Notes under the pieces: generated by a model | Database searches by the model: none | Told to the model about the DNA's origin: nothing | Seen by the model: the letters and a program-made list of their open reading frames with translations, nothing else | IMG/VR virus record: IMGVR_UViG_3300030329_003852 | Span: 1-24,377 of that record | DNA length: 24,377 nt | DNA from: a virus | Lineage: Duplodnaviria; Caudoviricetes | Direction: 5' to 3' (one strand) | Shown here: piece by piece, positions 6,725 through 15,424 of the stretch | How positions within the stretch are numbered: position 1 is the first letter of the stretch | How the letters are laid out: every line of letters starts with the position of its first letter | Translations under genes and position numbers: made by a program

Positions 6725-7867
6725 CTACCAAGTTTCGTTTATACGCATGTTTACGTTGAACTTCTTGTATGTTTTTTGTTGCACTTGGAATCCTGGTTTA
6801 TCAAATCTACATATTGCAAAATTTCCAGGAGAATTATCTTGTGATGGAGAAAATAAGAATGGTAATGTTCCCCCTAAAGTATTATGATATACTGTGCTAT
6901 ATAGTGAATTATCATTATTTATATTATAGTTAAAATCTCCAGTAGCTGGGGTAGTTCCATCAGCATTTTCAGTAACAGTTACATCTTCTCCATCTGTATA
7001 TCCCCCATTAAGTAAATCTGCTTCATGTGTACCTACTAGCTCATTAGCTGGAAATACACCATTAGGCACACCATCTGTATAAAACCTATCTTGTAGTTGG
7101 CTAAATCTTACATCCCAGCTTCTACGACCTAATCTTGAGCTTCTATGCTTAAATGAAGAATCAGTATATAACTCAAATGGTGTACTATTCCACCAATTAG
7201 GAGGTTTAATATGATTTATAACAGAATAGGTCGAACCACCTTTAGTTTGTTTTTGCTTAACACCATCCATAATTCTTCTTTGTGTTACAGAAAGGTCTGC
7301 ATGAAATTCAGGCTCATAAACATATCCTATTGCTATTGAACCTACATTAGAGTAGATAGGATTACTAGTAATATTAACGTTTTGTGTAATAAAATGAAAA
7401 GTCATAATATTTTCATTAAGACTTGGTGTAAATGTTGATAAAGACCATCCATTATAATCGCATTGATTATAATGATCATTAGTATGACCATTAACTATAC
7501 TTTCAAAATCTTGATCTTCATGTTCATAATCTGAATTATCCCCACTAAAACCTTGTTGTGATGTTCCAAGATTCAATCTCCAATAAAGATTTTTGAAATT
7601 AAATTCATGACCTAAAATAGCTACAAACATTTTTGCATTGGAAGGAACACTTATTGGGGTTTTTAAAGCTACTTTAAAATAAGCTGGTCCTGAAGATGTA
7701 TTAATAAGATAGGGATTTACTGGACTGAAATCAAATGCATGTGGACTAACAACCAAAGGATCTGTTTGCCAATTTGTATGTGCAACTTCAACATTACCTA
7801 TATGATAATTATAATTTAATAAATCTATAAAAAAACGAGGTTTCTCAGCTTGATTCCCTACTGCCAT
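6725..7867 (-). CDS. Virion tail protein, possibly distal-tail (Dit-like) with an extra N-terminal beta domain
   Basis: Position in the tail module. C-terminal half (DGVKQKQTKGG...GRRSWDVRF...PFLFSP...CRF...FNVNMRINETW) resembles the Dit/gpM pattern. AGGAG RBS. Confidence 0.5.
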   Translation of the reverse strand: MAVGNQAEKPRFFIDLLNYNYHIGNVEVAHTNWQTDPLVVSPHAFDFSPVNPYLINTSSGPAYFKVALKTPISVPSNAKMFVAILGHEFNFKNLYWRLNLGTSQQGFSGDNSDYEHEDQDFESIVNGHTNDHYNQCDYNGWSLSTFTPSLNENIMTFHFITQNVNITSNPIYSNVGSIAIGYVYEPEFHADLSVTQRRIMDGVKQKQTKGGSTYSVINHIKPPNWWNSTPFELYTDSSFKHRSSRLGRRSWDVRFSQLQDRFYTDGVPNGVFPANELVGTHEADLLNGGYTDGEDVTVTENADGTTPATGDFNYNINNDNSLYSTVYHNTLGGTLPFLFSPSQDNSPGNFAICRFDKPGFQVQQKTYKKFNVNMRINETW

Positions 7868-7879
7868 AATAAATTTCTC

Positions 7880-8614
7880 CTAATATCCACCACTACCACC
7901 TGAGCCACCTGAGCCACCTCCACCTCCAGCTCCACCACTCTCACTCTGCATTATTGTTTTACTAGATTGACCTTTGAATACTTTTATTTTTGCATCCTTA
8001 TCCCTAGAAATATTCATCATATCATCATCTGTAACAACAGCTAATCTTTTAGCTTTTGGTCGTAGTAGTTTGTTGTTTTGATCTTTTCTATATATATTTA
8101 CAGAATCAGCATTATGTATTGATTCTGTCATAGCTTGTCCATTCGAATGTTGGTGATATTCTCCAAAATAATTATCACCATTGTCATAATAAAATTCATT
8201 TTGTTCTGTAAAGAGGTTATTTTTGTATATATCGGTATCTTCTATTGTATCAATAGGTAAATGTCTTGAATTATAGTCTGAGAAGTAAGAACCACCATTT
8301 TCAAAAGTTTCTTCTGATACAGAGAACAGGTCTATATCTAATATTTTATAATTAGGAGTAATTTCTTCTAATTCTTGTGTTATAATTCTTGCACCTATTA
8401 TTGCAAAAGAACCTGCAAATTCAAACAATTCAGTTACTTCTGAATCTCCTGTAAGAGAAATACATAGTATTTTATTTCTTCCTGTTCCTACATACCAATT
8501 ATCGGCTAACTTAGATTCCCCTATAAACTTTCCTTTATACTTTATCTCTATAGCAGAACAAGTAACTGGCTCTGAAAGTATTATTGAATCTCTGTAATGT
8601 AATAATTCTATCAT
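7880..8614 (-). CDS. Tail-associated protein: cohesin-like N-terminal beta domain, His-rich motif, Gly/Ser tail
   Basis: TAATG-coupled to the dockerin-bearing gene. Beta-strand-rich first ~90 aa, YFGEYHQHSNGQAMTESIH motif, C-terminus GGAGGGGGSGGSGGSGGY. The CDS is secure; the domain call is tentative. Confidence 0.55.
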   Translation of the reverse strand: MIELLHYRDSIILSEPVTCSAIEIKYKGKFIGESKLADNWYVGTGRNKILCISLTGDSEVTELFEFAGSFAIIGARIITQELEEITPNYKILDIDLFSVSEETFENGGSYFSDYNSRHLPIDTIEDTDIYKNNLFTEQNEFYYDNGDNYFGEYHQHSNGQAMTESIHNADSVNIYRKDQNNKLLRPKAKRLAVVTDDDMMNISRDKDAKIKVFKGQSSKTIMQSESGGAGGGGGSGGSGGSGGY

Positions 8615-11600
8615 TATAAATTCCCTAATATGTGCTGAACACCAGTAACAACGTCTGTAATAGCTAAACTACCATCTTGGTTAAAGTCTGCTGCATACTC
8701 TGCTAACTCATTTTGCAATTCAGCATGACCAAGTATAACAGATACCATTATAACAATATCAAGAGCATTAAATGTTCCATCCAAATTTACATCACCTAAA
8801 AGAACTCCAGGATCTTCTTCTTCAGGGGTAAATTGCACACTATCACTATGAACCACCTGATGCTCAGTTGAATATTTTAATGCATGAGTTGTATGGTTAA
8901 GCATATTCATGTGATACCAATTAGTCCAATTATTTGGATTTATCGGATCATGAAATTCAGGTTCAGGCAAATCACCTATAGCAATTTGATATATACTATT
9001 ACCTGTAACTAAAGCCTCTACTTCCCATTCAAACTGAAATTCTCCTCCAAGCTGACTATTAACATTCCTAAGAACTGCAATATGAGTTGGATCAGATGCA
9101 GAATTATCTGCAATTATGAATTGAATCTCTAATAATTTTAAATTTACATTATCTACTGTTATTTCTGTGTGTTCAGGTGGAACTAAATCTTGCCAACTTG
9201 TTACAGAGATTAAATCATCACCTTCTACAATCTTAAAATTTGATGGTGGAAATACATGAGCTGCTCCTGCATTATCATCATTAAAGTTTAGAGCATTACC
9301 TCCATTTGCAGTATGAGCAGAACTACCTTCCTGTGCTTGAAAAAATATCCAATACTGAGGGTTTATTTGATTCTCAAAATCCCACATACCTCCAAAGAAG
9401 GGTAGATCCCATTCAGAATCGGAGCTTACTACTGATTCGAAACCCCAAAAAGCAAAAGCTGTTTGATTTAAAGAACCAATTTCAAATCCTTCTTCAGGAA
9501 CAAGAGGTTCGAATACTTCTTCTTCTTCTGGTGGATCTTCTTCTTCTTCATCTCCTGGCTCAAACTCATATTCTTCATCAATATTACTTCCCCAAGTACC
9601 AGTTGTTGGAGATATATCGGCAGCAAAACCTCTTAAATCATGCAGCTGCATACACTCTATTTCTACATATTCAATAGTTTTTTTAACATTTGTGCAAATA
9701 AATAATGGGAATAAATATTGGTCATTAACTAAATCCATTCCATTTGCATAATTAATTCCATATGCTCTAACTCCACCTAATAGTTCAGAAAATCTTACAT
9801 TTTCACCTACATCTATATTTAGATATTTTAATGGAAGTTGGCATTTTATAATTAAATGTCTATTCCTATAGTGATGAGTAGACCTTTTTTGAAATTCTCT
9901 TATCGCCCTAACTTTATGACTTGAATTAAGAGAATTATTAACAGGCTCATCAGACCTCATGTACTTTGATTCAAAATCTTTGATATGAGTATCAACATCT
10001 TCTAGTCCATAATAATCTAAATGTTCTTCTGTAGCTAAAGTTTGTTCGAATAAATCTTCTCCTGTATAATATTTAGTGTCAGTATCGCCAAAATATTTCT
10101 CAGTATGATGGTCATAATTGAATTTAACATTAGTACCTGTTCTCAAATCCTGTTTTTTTGTTAATTTATAACTGTATTTAATTACATCTTCAGAATTAAT
10201 ATAATTAGCAGCAAGTTTGTCATCAATACCATAAGATCGTTTAATATGTTCTAATCTTAATTTTCCATCAAAACCTATTCTTGGGAATAAAAATGTTGAT
10301 TTAGCAATATCTTCAATTAAATCTTTACTATTAATTTCTTCTTTTTGAGTAAATGAAAACATCCAATTTTGATGTGAATTAATCGAGTCTAAAGCATTAT
10401 TTACACTATTTTGATCTACTTTATCAGCAGGATAGCCTAAGTCATTTACAAAAATATCAACAATTATATCTACAGGATTTCTTATTTGAGAACCAACAGA
10501 ATCTATTCTACCTTCCACACTTGCATACATATCTTTATAATTGATTTTTGTATCACAAACAGACATACAAGTAACTTCAGGCAACCATCCTTTCATTGTT
10601 GCTTGATAATCAAAATTATATGATGTATTATCATCAGATGGAGGGGTTTTAAAATTATTAGTGTTTTCTGCTGTAAGAGTTAAATCACTCATAAACCCAA
10701 ACACCCCTAAATGAACATGATATTTACCATTTGCAGCATCATTATCAAATTTTGCATATGGATTAGAATATTGTTTATCCCATGCAGTATTACCTGTTTC
10801 ATTAATCAGATTTACATCATAAAGCTCTAATGGAGATTTTCCATCAACCTCATGTGATGTCCAGTTATTCTGTATTGGATTATATTCTCCATAAGTTTCA
10901 TGATCATGATAATCAGAAAATCTTACGACATCTCCCATCTTGATATTATTCCCCCATGTATCAACCCAATGTTCATTTGGCATTTGAAACCGATAAGCTA
11001 TGCCATGAATAGATCCACCTTCACTCTGCCAAAACCTTTCTCTAATTGGGATAATAGAATCTTCACTATCACTATTTCTAGCTGCTGTATATATAATTCT
11101 ACTTTCATCTAATCTATTAATACTTTGCTCTGGCATTACCCAATGACCAAATGCAATCCAATGTGCATATGTACCCTGAGCAGCTTGACTACAAACACCA
11201 CCTCTATTTATAAAGTCTATAGGAGGTTCTGTTTCTATAACAAACCTAAACAGGCTATGTTTAAACCTATTTTTTTCAAGTTGCTCTATATTGCCTTGCT
11301 CTGCAATCATAGCATCACTTCTATTCCCTAAAGCTAAATCAGCAGATGCTAATGTATGAGTAGATTCAAAACTACCATCAGTCATATATTCAAATTCTTC
11401 TTCAAGTAATTGATCTCCACCCATAGGCACTCCATTCGAATCTGTCTGAACACTAGCACCAAAACCTGTATCTCCATCACCTAAACTAACAGTAGCTTCT
11501 TCTTCATCCCATGCAACATTAGAATCTCGTCTTTCTAAAGTTATTTTACTAGGTTTATAAACAACCATTAATTGTGCTACAGACCTTGTGGATAATGGAG

Positions 11601-12672
11601 TTGTAGCAAATTGAGCTATTTTAGTTGTATATACATCATCATCAATATATTTGATTTGAGTTGGATTGTCAGGGTAATCAGCAAAATTAAAAAATGAAGT
11701 TGTTTGATTAGGATTATTATTATCTCCTAATTTGTAATCTATTGTATTTGCTATACAGCAATAATGGTCATCTACTACTATAAATAAAGCTCCAAAATCA
11801 CCACTACCACTAGAAGGAGTTGCTAATCCTCTATTAAAAGGATACCCATACCTTCCAGGTCTATCTAAATAATTCCTAAAAAATCTATATATAGGTCTTG
11901 AATCAGCATAAACTTTTTTATTAGTACCAACTACTACTGGAGATTTAGGCATATAACCATAAACCATAGGTATTCTAGCACCCCTATAAGCATCCATAAC
12001 ACTATCATTATTTGGTAATGTGTTTTTTGGAAGCTGTTGGTGAAAACGAGAAGCACCTAATTCTTCAGCAGTTATAGTTACAACATTGTCATCATGTGTA
12101 ATTTCTCTTATTTCGCCAATATAAAATGTCGGACTAACTTTTGGATACTCATCATAAACATCTCCAAATGAATCATTAATTTGATTATCAAAAGATGCTT
12201 GTTCAAAATAAACTGAGGATATAGGAGCTAAACTATTTATAGACTTATAACAAAAACTTATTCTTCTTCCTATAAGAGATTCTTTCCCTAATATATCAGA
12301 AAATCTTTTACCACTATAAGGTGCATTAGATATTTTAAACGTACATTGAGAAATAGTATATTTTCTATTTTCAACATCTATTTTATCTGTTATTACAGGA
12401 TTATCTAATAATAATGGCTCAAAATATAAACCATCTGGAAATCCATTATCACCATATGGATTAGGAGAACTTTCTATACATTCATCATGAGATAGGTATA
12501 GAGGATGTGTAGATAATAACTTGTCCGACCTTTCTCCAGAACCTCCTGACGAGCCACCCTCCCAATAAGGATCAAACCATGTAATCCAATCATCCCTTTC
12601 AATAATCAACAATGGGATTAATTGAACATCCTTACCTGATATATCTTGCTCGAATACTTGTGGTAATTTCAT
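8614..12672 (-). CDS. Large tail-tip/hub (host-specificity) protein with C-terminal dockerin domain
   Basis: Directly after the tape measure gene. Hub-type motifs (FYIGEIREI, IPMVYG, NPVDIIVDI, LNIDVGENVRF), acidic Pro-rich linker, terminal duplicated GDVNLDG..NALD / ADFNQDG..AITD. Confidence 0.8.
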   Translation of the reverse strand: MKLPQVFEQDISGKDVQLIPLLIIERDDWITWFDPYWEGGSSGGSGERSDKLLSTHPLYLSHDECIESSPNPYGDNGFPDGLYFEPLLLDNPVITDKIDVENRKYTISQCTFKISNAPYSGKRFSDILGKESLIGRRISFCYKSINSLAPISSVYFEQASFDNQINDSFGDVYDEYPKVSPTFYIGEIREITHDDNVVTITAEELGASRFHQQLPKNTLPNNDSVMDAYRGARIPMVYGYMPKSPVVVGTNKKVYADSRPIYRFFRNYLDRPGRYGYPFNRGLATPSSGSGDFGALFIVVDDHYCCIANTIDYKLGDNNNPNQTTSFFNFADYPDNPTQIKYIDDDVYTTKIAQFATTPLSTRSVAQLMVVYKPSKITLERRDSNVAWDEEEATVSLGDGDTGFGASVQTDSNGVPMGGDQLLEEEFEYMTDGSFESTHTLASADLALGNRSDAMIAEQGNIEQLEKNRFKHSLFRFVIETEPPIDFINRGGVCSQAAQGTYAHWIAFGHWVMPEQSINRLDESRIIYTAARNSDSEDSIIPIRERFWQSEGGSIHGIAYRFQMPNEHWVDTWGNNIKMGDVVRFSDYHDHETYGEYNPIQNNWTSHEVDGKSPLELYDVNLINETGNTAWDKQYSNPYAKFDNDAANGKYHVHLGVFGFMSDLTLTAENTNNFKTPPSDDNTSYNFDYQATMKGWLPEVTCMSVCDTKINYKDMYASVEGRIDSVGSQIRNPVDIIVDIFVNDLGYPADKVDQNSVNNALDSINSHQNWMFSFTQKEEINSKDLIEDIAKSTFLFPRIGFDGKLRLEHIKRSYGIDDKLAANYINSEDVIKYSYKLTKKQDLRTGTNVKFNYDHHTEKYFGDTDTKYYTGEDLFEQTLATEEHLDYYGLEDVDTHIKDFESKYMRSDEPVNNSLNSSHKVRAIREFQKRSTHHYRNRHLIIKCQLPLKYLNIDVGENVRFSELLGGVRAYGINYANGMDLVNDQYLFPLFICTNVKKTIEYVEIECMQLHDLRGFAADISPTTGTWGSNIDEEYEFEPGDEEEEDPPEEEEVFEPLVPEEGFEIGSLNQTAFAFWGFESVVSSDSEWDLPFFGGMWDFENQINPQYWIFFQAQEGSSAHTANGGNALNFNDDNAGAAHVFPPSNFKIVEGDDLISVTSWQDLVPPEHTEITVDNVNLKLLEIQFIIADNSASDPTHIAVLRNVNSQLGGEFQFEWEVEALVTGNSIYQIAIGDLPEPEFHDPINPNNWTNWYHMNMLNHTTHALKYSTEHQVVHSDSVQFTPEEEDPGVLLGDVNLDGTFNALDIVIMVSVILGHAELQNELAEYAADFNQDGSLAITDVVTGVQHILGNL

Positions 12673-14673
12673 TTATCCAATTCCAAAATCTGTTCCTCTA
12701 CGAACTGCTTCTCTAATATTTTCTGCTAATTCACCTTCAACAAAATCTGACGTTAATACATTCCCTGATACATTTACTACTACTGAAGCACCTCCACCTT
12801 GAACACCATCAATATTAGGACTTTCAAGAGGAGTAATAGATACTTGCTCTGCCCCTGCTTCACCTGCTAGAATCATAGTTGGTTCATCTACAACTTCGTT
12901 CATACCATATTGAGCTTTTTTACTTTTTAAAGGAGCTGATAATGCTTGTATCCCTAGACCGATAGCAGCTCCAGCAGTAGCAGCCATAATAGCATTAATA
13001 GGGAATGGATACTGTTTAATTATTTTTGTCATTTGAGATGCAGCAGCTTCAGCAGCATATCCAGTTATAGTGTCAATAGCTGCATCTCTTGCTTTATCTG
13101 CATCTTCTCCATAAAGTTTCCCAAGTTTAATAAAATCTTTGGTAACTGATTTTGTACTTTTTTCATGAGCTTTTGCTGCTTGGTCGGCTGCCTTCTTTTT
13201 CTCAACTGCTGCTTTTTCGCTTTCTATCCTATTTTTTCTCTGAGCATCTGTTTCCAAACCAAGTGATTCTGCCAAATCAGAATGTTTTTCTACCAACATA
13301 GATATTAGTGCTTGTTCATGCTCATACTTCTCTAATTGCTCATCTTTTTCCTTTTTAAATTCGTCAAATTGTGCAAGGAATATTTGTTCTGGAGTTAGTT
13401 TATCTGCTGTAGGAGCATCTTTTCCAATATCAGCTATTGTTTGTTCAGCTACTTCTCTTTGAGCTAACAAATCTAAAAGCTCATACATAAACTTAATCTC
13501 ATTCCTAAGAGTTTTAAATTTCTTCTCATCTTCCTCATTTAAATCCTTGCCTTTAGCAATTAGGTCTTTAACAGCATCAGTTCTAGGCTTCAGCATAGCA
13601 ACAACTTTTTCAGATGTAGCTAACTCAGTATTAACTGACTGAATCATTCTCATTTGCAACTTATCATTTCTAGTATTTTGATCAATAACAACACCAAGTG
13701 TTTCCAATTCGTCAGTTGTTAAATCTTTACGACCAGAAGCCCAAAATTCCTGTTTTTTAAGTAACTTTTCAATCTTCTCATTCTTGCCTACTAAGCTATC
13801 TGTAGCATTTTCTAAATCAATCATTTGCTGCAATACTTTAAGTTCAGGCTCTGGTATTTTCAATTCTCTTAATTGTCTTATAAAGGTTTCTGCATCAGTT
13901 TCTTTTAATTTTGTAAAGAAATTTGAAAATGCCTTAGATGCCTTTGTTATCATGTTTGAAATAGATATTGTAGCAGGTTCTAATAATGCACCCATGCTTT
14001 CGGCAGTATCTCCAACAGCATTTTTCATTTGTTCAATAGAACCTGTCATTGTATCTGCTTGTGCTGCTGCTTGTCCACCAAATAAATCAGCAACATTACC
14101 TGTAAGGCTTTCTAATCTTTCTGTAGATCCAACTGCACCTTCAACTTGTATTCCATATCTTGATAATGCATTAGTAGAAGAACCAAATGATTTAGATACT
14201 AAGTCGGCAGCAGCAGTTAAGTCCATACCTTTAGCAGCAGCTAAATCAAGAGTAGTTTTTGTTAATTCTTTAATCTGTTCTTCATCTTTAGTAAATGCAC
14301 CAATTAATGCTTGGACACCTATAATAGCTTCATCACCAAATGATGTTTGTTGTTGTAGTGCAGATGCTTGTGTTAATAATGCTTGAGAAGTAAATCCTAA
14401 TGCCTGTTCTAGTTTTCTTTCTGCTAATTCTTGTTCTCCATAAGCTCTTATTAATGAACTTACAGCTTTAGCAGTTCCACCAAAAGCAAATGAAACAAGT
14501 AACATATTGTTTCTTAAAGCACCTATAGACCTTCTTAAACCAGCAGTAGAGATTCTCATCCTGTTAGTTTGATCATCTACCCCTTTTATAGATTTTTTTG
14601 CCTTTTTAAGCTCTGCTACTAACTTCTTAGTTTTAGCTTCTAATTCTAATACTATCTTTTGTTGATCAGCCAT
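12673..14673 (-). CDS. Tape measure protein
   Basis: 666 aa, Ala/Lys/Glu-rich helical, typical core (DLAAAKGMDLTAAADLVSK...LSRYGI) and C-terminal PTMILAGEAGAE. Follows the chaperone pair. Confidence 0.92.
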   Translation of the reverse strand: MADQQKIVLELEAKTKKLVAELKKAKKSIKGVDDQTNRMRISTAGLRRSIGALRNNMLLVSFAFGGTAKAVSSLIRAYGEQELAERKLEQALGFTSQALLTQASALQQQTSFGDEAIIGVQALIGAFTKDEEQIKELTKTTLDLAAAKGMDLTAAADLVSKSFGSSTNALSRYGIQVEGAVGSTERLESLTGNVADLFGGQAAAQADTMTGSIEQMKNAVGDTAESMGALLEPATISISNMITKASKAFSNFFTKLKETDAETFIRQLRELKIPEPELKVLQQMIDLENATDSLVGKNEKIEKLLKKQEFWASGRKDLTTDELETLGVVIDQNTRNDKLQMRMIQSVNTELATSEKVVAMLKPRTDAVKDLIAKGKDLNEEDEKKFKTLRNEIKFMYELLDLLAQREVAEQTIADIGKDAPTADKLTPEQIFLAQFDEFKKEKDEQLEKYEHEQALISMLVEKHSDLAESLGLETDAQRKNRIESEKAAVEKKKAADQAAKAHEKSTKSVTKDFIKLGKLYGEDADKARDAAIDTITGYAAEAAASQMTKIIKQYPFPINAIMAATAGAAIGLGIQALSAPLKSKKAQYGMNEVVDEPTMILAGEAGAEQVSITPLESPNIDGVQGGGASVVVNVSGNVLTSDFVEGELAENIREAVRRGTDFGIG

Positions 14674-15112
14674 TTAATTCTTCTTTCAATTTTTTATCTC
14701 TTAAAATCATAGCACTCTTAATAGTATAATACTTATGTATCCATAAACTAGGAGTATCTTGGTATGATCCTGAATATGGAGGTGTGCTTGTATCTTTGCA
14801 ATAAACATATTTTTCTATATCTTTCTGACAATTCATGTCTAATATTTTGTTATTACATGCAAAAAAAGGTAATTGTTCGTATATATTGTTTAATATATCA
14901 AACGAACTACTTGATTTTGAAACAAACTCTGCTTCTTCTTTTAGTTTTGAAATATAATCCCACAATTCATCATTATTATTAATGGTTATTGCAGGTTCAT
15001 CTGAATGAATTAATATATTTTGAAACGTATAGGGGTACTCATGATAATTACACCCCTCACAACTACTGTCCAATAAGACATTTAATCCTAGTTGGAGGGA
15101 GCTTCTTCCCCC
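14666..15112 (-). CDS. Tail assembly chaperone, frameshift extension (gpT-like)
   Basis: The track ORF 14666-15073 has a TTG start and no clear RBS. Its frame stays open up to 15112 and is -1 relative to the upstream gene at GGGGGAA. Confidence 0.7.
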   Translation of the reverse strand, partial: GGRSSLQLGLNVLLDSSCEGCNYHEYPYTFQNILIHSDEPAITINNNDELWDYISKLKEEAEFVSKSSSSFDILNNIYEQLPFFACNNKILDMNCQKDIEKYVYCKDTSTPPYSGSYQDTPSLWIHKYYTIKSAMILRDKKLKEELNG

Positions 15113-15402
15113 ATTATTTGCGAAGATTGAACTAAATCAAATAATTCTTCTCTTTCAACATCAGATAACTGCTTTAATACAGAATCAGGAGGATATGCAC
15201 CATTAGGTTTCCAGTTTTTAAACTCTCCACCACCTAATCCAGCTCTAATCCAAGCTGTTCTTGCAACATTAAGATTTTCCACAACAGTAGAACCATCTTT
15301 GTGATATTTCATTTTGATAATGTCTTTCAACTCATCAATCTTATCCACAGATAATTCTCTAATCTTAACTTTCCTTCCTGATTTTAACTTCTTTTCTATC
15401 AT
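15088..15402 (-). CDS. Tail assembly chaperone (gpG-like)
   Basis: 104 aa between tail tube and tape measure genes, AAGGAG RBS, slippery G GGG GAA near the 3' end. Confidence 0.75.
   Translation of the reverse strand: MIEKKLKSGRKVKIRELSVDKIDELKDIIKMKYHKDGSTVVENLNVARTAWIRAGLGGGEFKNWKPNGAYPPDSVLKQLSDVEREELFDLVQSSQIMGEEAPSN
15106..15112 (-). promoter_or_regulatory. Candidate -1 programmed ribosomal frameshift site GGGGGAA
   Basis: ATG GGG GAA; a -1 shift reads GGG GGA AGA AGC TCC CTC CAA CTA GGA TTA AAT GTC TTA TTG, with no stop before the downstream ORF. Confidence 0.7.
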
Positions 15403-15424
15403 GTTCCAATACTCCTTATTTTAA

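Noticed and set aside
6642-6760. Diversity-generating retroelement target (hairpin after a terminal tail gene)
   Set aside because: No reverse transcriptase and no template/variable repeat pair seen in the window.
8614-8625. Possible -1 frameshift fusing the dockerin to the next protein (G AAT TTA TAA TG)
   Set aside because: The heptamer is not a canonical X XXY YYZ, and TAATG coupling is the norm throughout this genome, so re-initiation explains it.
13784-14386. 200-aa plus-strand ORF, and the other plus-strand ORFs in the track (874, 2326, 4993, 6675, 9306, 10900, 11125, 14764, 16146, 16391, 18371)
   Set aside because: All lie antisense to well-supported minus-strand genes, show no recognisable motifs, and have the composition of shadow frames.
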